A stretch of DNA of 64,000 bases, taken from contig JBDKUN010000019.1 of assembly GCA_039679675.1 (NCBI GenBank), positions 1-64,000 on the forward strand. The letters are read 5' to 3'. The notes below the pieces were generated by a model, which worked only from the letters and a program-made list of their open reading frames with translations, was not told where the DNA came from and ran no database searches. Source of the stretch: Armatimonadota bacterium (lineage in GTDB: Bacteria; Armatimonadota; UBA5829; DTLH01). The position numbers were made by a program, and so were the translations under genes. Below, one piece after another: positions 60,601 to 64,000 of the stretch; within the stretch, counting starts at the first letter, position 1; each line of letters begins with the position of its first letter.

Positions 60601-61847
60601 ATCCGAACCCTGGCTATCTAGTGAGTGATCAATCGGTAATATTCAAGCATCCCTACATCGATTCCAGCCCTGTTCATGCAGCCGGAATAACTGGCCGCTC
60701 AGGCGGGCTTGTCTTCGTCGGGGGGTATAAGACTACTTCAACTATTACTACCTATGAGGATTCCCAGGGCTATCTCCTTGCGATAGACCCTGTTGCCTCT
60801 GAAGCTAACCGCATAGCATGGCAATATCCCACAAGCGGGTATCTTCCTGGTGGTGTAGCTTCTACTCCGGCAGTATTCACCTCAGGCACCGAAAAACGGG
60901 TAGTATTCGGCTGCATGGATGGTAAAGTCTATTGTCTCAATGCCGCCACGGGCAACCCTATATGGGCTTACCAGACTACAGCCAGCGGGCTTCAGGATAA
61001 AGACGGGGTAGTAGAGCCCGCCAGAGTGCTTGCATCGCCTACCGTCGACAGTAACGGGGTAGTCTACATAGGCAATGAGAGCAACAGAGTGTATGCGCTG
61101 GACGGTACGACAAACAATATCAACGGCAGCCTGTTGTGGAGCATAGACCTTCCTGATAGAGACACTGACTGGCCTGACAGGACAGGTGTAAGCTCAGTAG
61201 CACTCTCTAAGGAAGGAAATAATGTCAGGTTATATGTCGGAAGCGACAACGGGCATCTCTACTGCATAGATGCAGCGACACATGCCATTGTGGAGCCACA
61301 GCCGGGGCTGTCCGGCCTGTGTATGAGAGGGTCTGTAGAGTCTTCACCTACCATATATGCAGGCAATGTATATGCGGGTGCATCTCTTTGCAATGCTGAC
61401 CAGTTGTTATGCTTCGATGCAGGCAGCCTTGAGGAAGTTTGGGGACGCAACCTTACAGAGGAAGCCAGATCTACCGTCGCTGCTGCAGATGGACATATCT
61501 ACGAGGGAGTAGATACCGGTAAAGTATTCTATTCACTCAAATCAGCTACGGGGAGAACAATTGCATATAGGGAGATGGATTATAAAAATTACTTCCTATC
61601 ATCCGCCGCAATAACATCGGCAGGAATGGTGTATGTTGGAAATATTAATGGCACCCTCTACAAGTTTAACCGGCCAGATTTGTCTGGCATGGGTACTTTT
61701 CCAACGACAGGCATAGTCACGTCATCACCGGCCATATCTTACGCGGTGGATGCCCAGAATAACCGCTGGATATTCATAACGACAAGAGGCGACAACAACC
61801 GTGGTGATGGAAAAGGCACACTATTTGCATTCAAACAGGTTAGATAA
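57666..61847 (+). CDS. Large secreted protein: OB-fold-like repeats, Big_1-like Ig domains and PQQ/BamB-like beta-propeller
   Basis: Signal peptide ending AYA; repeated V.V.G..V strands; GKTVRF..TNSSGQVEA and GRSVSFSTTAG..TNDDGEATA Ig motifs; DWPMFMHD followed by repeated SSP..VYxG..DG.xY.LDA blades. Confidence 0.75.
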   Translation: MVITRSIFSRFFPLMLLCLFTACSMAYAQTLPWENENSVGSILLNQDGQSVLLEKVTVSKIEARNDPPYFVVQDGFKPDNRIVILSRPPSALTCGMTVDVSGTLVTLNTGERCLTDATTFGYFNKDGSLTGWSYGFMLCTGRQVLPISTDPIPPSDPSLTTDGRGIPGLVTSEPAEKPSAYGTVAALSTAPLLSTVEISCKPVRETGAGYIKVGDDNSDAAIKVYTNASVSPTDRIIKLTGTLHTEKGSHVIYADSGPEPYFDRQGYIGHVSAAGMGTVAYAATLSNPSESVSKTGGIHAMSASTPDTTNGNWVYLTGQLVTYVGGYWSYDASPAGWVNVYNIQGIDKTPGMRVWSPSLNSMSVGSIVDVFAKVDTKDGQRILGTWGGDTNATNATDLSDANHCLEPKVLFSTENTSNLLTVRPVGMTNKTLGGEALGENKSVDGGAGLYNIGSYVTVWGKVLEVGAFNFIPYMKIDDGSAVPSDGSIGQVQKGVIVFRCSSYDPFQPVVGDYVAVTGVSSIWKPSGSENKYRCIWTTDTVKDLLNEDTPIGVGATTNINGTISGTLKIYDIPPPPAGNPNEPVKVRANICCVGNKQMWVYTCIDYKIVNNEIVEYTTADIPVVRQADGSGTVSYSFEVVKEIKIGDLTLDTPKYIVSAKCNGYKTRTYTNVSPDTTRNLYLTPLRKIYVTAENNKGNDTKPVEVTDSNPTNIIATVVDASHSPISGKTVRFRMNKGSFYNDCVVHDYTGTTNSSGQVEAKYYGNPAETGSDIVVEATDDSAPLPVDNEIDDTYNYDWEQLHNEKGQPINIKVTIPYQNAIDTFVLTANPYSVPPTASSSTITAKLTTIDGTKIVGRSVSFSTTAGDFNTTSGKVSQVTALTNDDGEATAELCDVLRGGFAVVEASTTNDQGYTHMQRVQVDFLQSSSDDWPMFMHDVRHQGYSRFYDTTTTENFALAWSTPVPLDVAHPDLSTHWSDHPNPGYLVSDQSVIFKHPYIDSSPVHAAGITGRSGGLVFVGGYKTTSTITTYEDSQGYLLAIDPVASEANRIAWQYPTSGYLPGGVASTPAVFTSGTEKRVVFGCMDGKVYCLNAATGNPIWAYQTTASGLQDKDGVVEPARVLASPTVDSNGVVYIGNESNRVYALDGTTNNINGSLLWSIDLPDRDTDWPDRTGVSSVALSKEGNNVRLYVGSDNGHLYCIDAATHAIVEPQPGLSGLCMRGSVESSPTIYAGNVYAGASLCNADQLLCFDAGSLEEVWGRNLTEEARSTVAAADGHIYEGVDTGKVFYSLKSATGRTIAYREMDYKNYFLSSAAITSAGMVYVGNINGTLYKFNRPDLSGMGTFPTTGIVTSSPAISYAVDAQNNRWIFITTRGDNNRGDGKGTLFAFKQVR

Positions 61848-61861
61848 AGGAGATTATTAAG

Positions 61862-62413
61862 ATGAAAAGGATTTATATATTGCTTTGCATGTTTGTTTTG
61901 TTGTCGGCTACTGTTGCTGTTCTTGCAAATACGCCGATAGTAAGTGGGCAGGTAGTGACTGATAGTGGAGTGACTCGGTATATTTATACCGTAACAAACA
62001 CACTGGATTCTGGCAACTACATATTCGGATTTTACCACATAATTATTCCGAACGGAAGCATTTTACCAATGAGCCATGTTGAGCCTAGTGGGTGGGATTA
62101 CTGGTATGAAACAAGTGACTTTTATACTGAAGGCAAATATTATTGGACTACTCCAGAACTAGGAAATGACAGGCTAGCTCCAGGTCAATCGGCGGTGTTT
62201 GAGGTATATACATCGGCTCCAGTTACCACAAAGTGGACGAGTGATTGGATTATCGGAGTCAAACCTGATAATGGCCGTTATTACGGTTACTCTGCGGATG
62301 CACCCCTGCCTATTCCGGTCCCAGTGGTTCCCGAACCATCCTCAATTCTGGCACTCTTTGGAGGACTAGCTAGTATTGGTGGGTTCGCATTGAGACGAAG
62401 ACCGCAATGTTAA
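61862..62413 (+). CDS. PEP-CTERM sorting domain protein
   Basis: Signal peptide; C-terminal VPEPSSILALFGGLASIGGFALRRR. Confidence 0.9.
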   Translation: MKRIYILLCMFVLLSATVAVLANTPIVSGQVVTDSGVTRYIYTVTNTLDSGNYIFGFYHIIIPNGSILPMSHVEPSGWDYWYETSDFYTEGKYYWTTPELGNDRLAPGQSAVFEVYTSAPVTTKWTSDWIIGVKPDNGRYYGYSADAPLPIPVPVVPEPSSILALFGGLASIGGFALRRRPQC

Positions 62414-62448
62414 TTTCAGGCAGAAACCGGTTAAGGGGAAGATCGGCA

Positions 62449-63012
62449 ATGAATAAGAGAACTTACATACTGCTTTATGTATTTATGCTGCTACTGATTT
62501 CAGCTGCTGTTCTTGCAGACACGCCGATAGTAAGTGGACAAGTAGTGACAGATGGTAGTGTTACTAGGTACATTTACACTGTGACGAATACCTTATCGCC
62601 GGGCAACTACATAGATTGGTTTGGTAATACTGAAATTCCGGATGGGAACATACTGCCACTGCTGGATCACAGCGAACCTATAGGATGGGACTATCAAGAA
62701 GGACAAACAATTTCGAATGGTGTTGTATTAGGAGGAGATTACCATTGGGCTACTAGCGAAATAGGGAATACCAGACTAGCACCTGGTCAATCTGCAGTCT
62801 TCGAGGTATATACATCAGCACCAGTGGCTACACAATGGATAAAAGGATGGGGTATTTGTTATATGCCAGATAATGGCCGTCCTGATGGTTTCCATGTGGA
62901 CATAGCCTTACCAGTTCCGGTCTCGGCTTCGGTTCCCGAACCATCCTCAGTTCTGGCACTTTTCGGCGGACTAGCTGGTATCGGTGGATTGGCGCTAAGG
63001 CGAAGAAAGTAA
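62449..63012 (+). CDS. PEP-CTERM sorting domain protein (tandem paralog)
   Basis: ATG 62449 aligns with the paralog start; C-terminal VPEPSSVLALFGGLAGIGGLALRRRK. Confidence 0.9.
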   Translation: MNKRTYILLYVFMLLLISAAVLADTPIVSGQVVTDGSVTRYIYTVTNTLSPGNYIDWFGNTEIPDGNILPLLDHSEPIGWDYQEGQTISNGVVLGGDYHWATSEIGNTRLAPGQSAVFEVYTSAPVATQWIKGWGICYMPDNGRPDGFHVDIALPVPVSASVPEPSSVLALFGGLAGIGGLALRRRK

Positions 63013-63025
63013 CGAAAATAGCATT

Positions 63026-63053
63026 GGGCCGGGTGTAATGCTCGGCCCTTTTT
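63026..63053 (+). terminator. Intrinsic terminator after the PEP-CTERM pair
   Basis: GGGCCGGGTG-taa-TGCTCGGCCC followed by TTTTT. Confidence 0.75.
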
Positions 63054-63169
63054 GTTTTGTTGGTTCATCCAGACTATACGTCAAAATCGAAGTGCCAGCT
63101 CTGAGTCGACAAAGAGCAGTTACAGCGAGATGCTTCCTTTGACTTTTTCGAATAAGGATTAGGGATATT

Positions 63170-63264
63170 GCCCCGCCAGAAGATGAACTGTGCGTTTTGC
63201 GATACAGATAATGGCATCAAATCTGTATGCTTGCCTGGCAAGGCTTATGAAGTATTATAGCACA
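63170..63264 (-). repeat. Degenerate second copy of the integrase promoter/leader (57396-57489)
   Basis: 27-nt identity GGCATCAAATCTGTATGCTTGCCTGGC (57438 and 63213), plus shared GCCCCGCCAGA.GATGA.CTG and ATTATAGCACA. Confidence 0.85.
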
Positions 63265-63268
63265 GATA

Positions 63269-63955
63269 CTAAACCTGGTAATGCTTGCCAAGATCAGCCC
63301 ATAGATGATGAAGTGTAAAGTGTTGTATAGGAAAAGATCGATCGAAATCATGGCTAAGTTGGCTAACAATACCTGCCTGGTGCTCGTCATCGAATAAGCT
63401 GAGTTCAGAAATATGATTACCTGCGCATTCAGCATTGACCTCTACCAGAATATTTTCCAATGTCATGTTTTGTATATAGCCAACCATAATACCGCATGGC
63501 GCCGACAATCCATAACTATGATCACAATCTATGTACCTGCATATTCCTTCTATTACATATTTCTTATTAAAATAATCTGAACCAGTAAAGCTTCCAAGTC
63601 TCTTGCATTCTACGACCAGAGATTTTTGATAATCGTTCGGGCATATTGCTTGTTGATCTTGAAACACATACTGGAAATCAGGCTTTTTTACTTGTTTTGC
63701 AGGAATAGCAATGTCTTTATATTGTTCTACATTTAATGCCTCTGGAATGAGATTACCTACTAGCTCACGGCCTTCCTTAGAAAGACTAAACATAACTGTC
63801 TGACAACAGCGGTTCAGTGTTTTTGTGATTTCTACCTCATCTTTGGGTAATGTTTCAGCTTCTTCGAGCATTTGCAATGCTCGAATGAAAAGCTCTAGTA
63901 ATTGTTTCTGTTGATGTATCCAGATGTTTTTGCAGAAGATATTGGGCTGACTCAT
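63269..63955 (-). CDS. Hypothetical protein, PD-(D/E)xK nuclease-like
   Basis: KKPDFQY...VVECKRL...YVIEGICRY...GIMVGYI; AT-rich; ATGA overlap with the upstream gene. Confidence 0.55.
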   Translation of the reverse strand: MSQPNIFCKNIWIHQQKQLLELFIRALQMLEEAETLPKDEVEITKTLNRCCQTVMFSLSKEGRELVGNLIPEALNVEQYKDIAIPAKQVKKPDFQYVFQDQQAICPNDYQKSLVVECKRLGSFTGSDYFNKKYVIEGICRYIDCDHSYGLSAPCGIMVGYIQNMTLENILVEVNAECAGNHISELSLFDDEHQAGIVSQLSHDFDRSFPIQHFTLHHLWADLGKHYQV

Positions 63956-64000
63956 TCAATATCCTCCGCAGTATCAGACTGCTGCATAGCTTGCAACAAT
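63952..64000 (-). CDS. 3' end of an upstream gene (partial)
   Basis: Minus-strand frame LLQAMQQSDTAEDIE*, whose TGA overlaps the ATG of the 63269-63955 gene. Confidence 0.45.
   Translation of the reverse strand, partial: LLQAMQQSDTAEDIE

Larger units (their letters stand above)
56001..64000. mobile_element. Integrative genomic island, left part; right end lies outside the window
   Basis: att-like tRNA fragment, adjacent integrase and accessory cargo; no second att copy seen in the window. Confidence 0.65.

Noticed and set aside
61862..63012. Diversity-generating retroelement explanation for the PEP-CTERM pair
   Set aside because: No reverse transcriptase in the window, and the differences include indels and are not adenine-specific.
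1..64000. CRISPR array or rRNA
   Set aside because: No regularly spaced repeat-spacer array or rRNA-like sequence was seen.

Overview
Bacterial chromosomal window, probably from a diderm Terrabacteria lineage such as Armatimonadota. This placement is inferred, not verified, from PEP-CTERM proteins and an outer-membrane barrel occurring alongside Gram-positive-type LexA boxes, dapL and a 4-domain S1. Layout: (1) 1-0.9 kb, the right end of an IS982-like element interrupting an AT-rich gene. (2) 0.9-30.5 kb, housekeeping genes: phosphohexomutase, miaA-hfq-dapF-dapL-hflX, a GyrI-like gene, tRNA-Glu, the dcw cluster mraZ to murC, PAP2-argC-argJ, tRNA-Leu, polA, rpsA and coaE. (3) 30.9-50.6 kb, a six-gene co-directional cluster of exported proteins: two CsgG/FlgT-like proteins, an S8 protease and a 900-aa protein with homologous FlgD-like C-termini, a 3035-aa repeat protein and an Ig+LptD-like beta-barrel. 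These are linked by a shared GWNxxGxP...PWxGYW module and a shared C-terminal DxPPxxP tag. This is the best candidate for an undescribed surface-assembly or secretion system. (4) 50.7-56 kb, a GH116 glycosidase, a second PAP2 and an SdrD-B-like protein. (5) 56-64 kb, the left part of a tyrosine-integrase island at a 5'-truncated tRNA-Ser, carrying an OB/Ig/beta-propeller protein, two tandem PEP-CTERM paralogs, a duplicated integrase leader and a PD-(D/E)xK-like gene. Notable non-coding signals: a four-hairpin RNA with a repeated loop upstream of murE, three LexA-type boxes (gyrI-like, polA, integrase), two MraZ-box arrays and a probable non-canonical hflX start. All family assignments come from motif recognition by eye; no searches were run.
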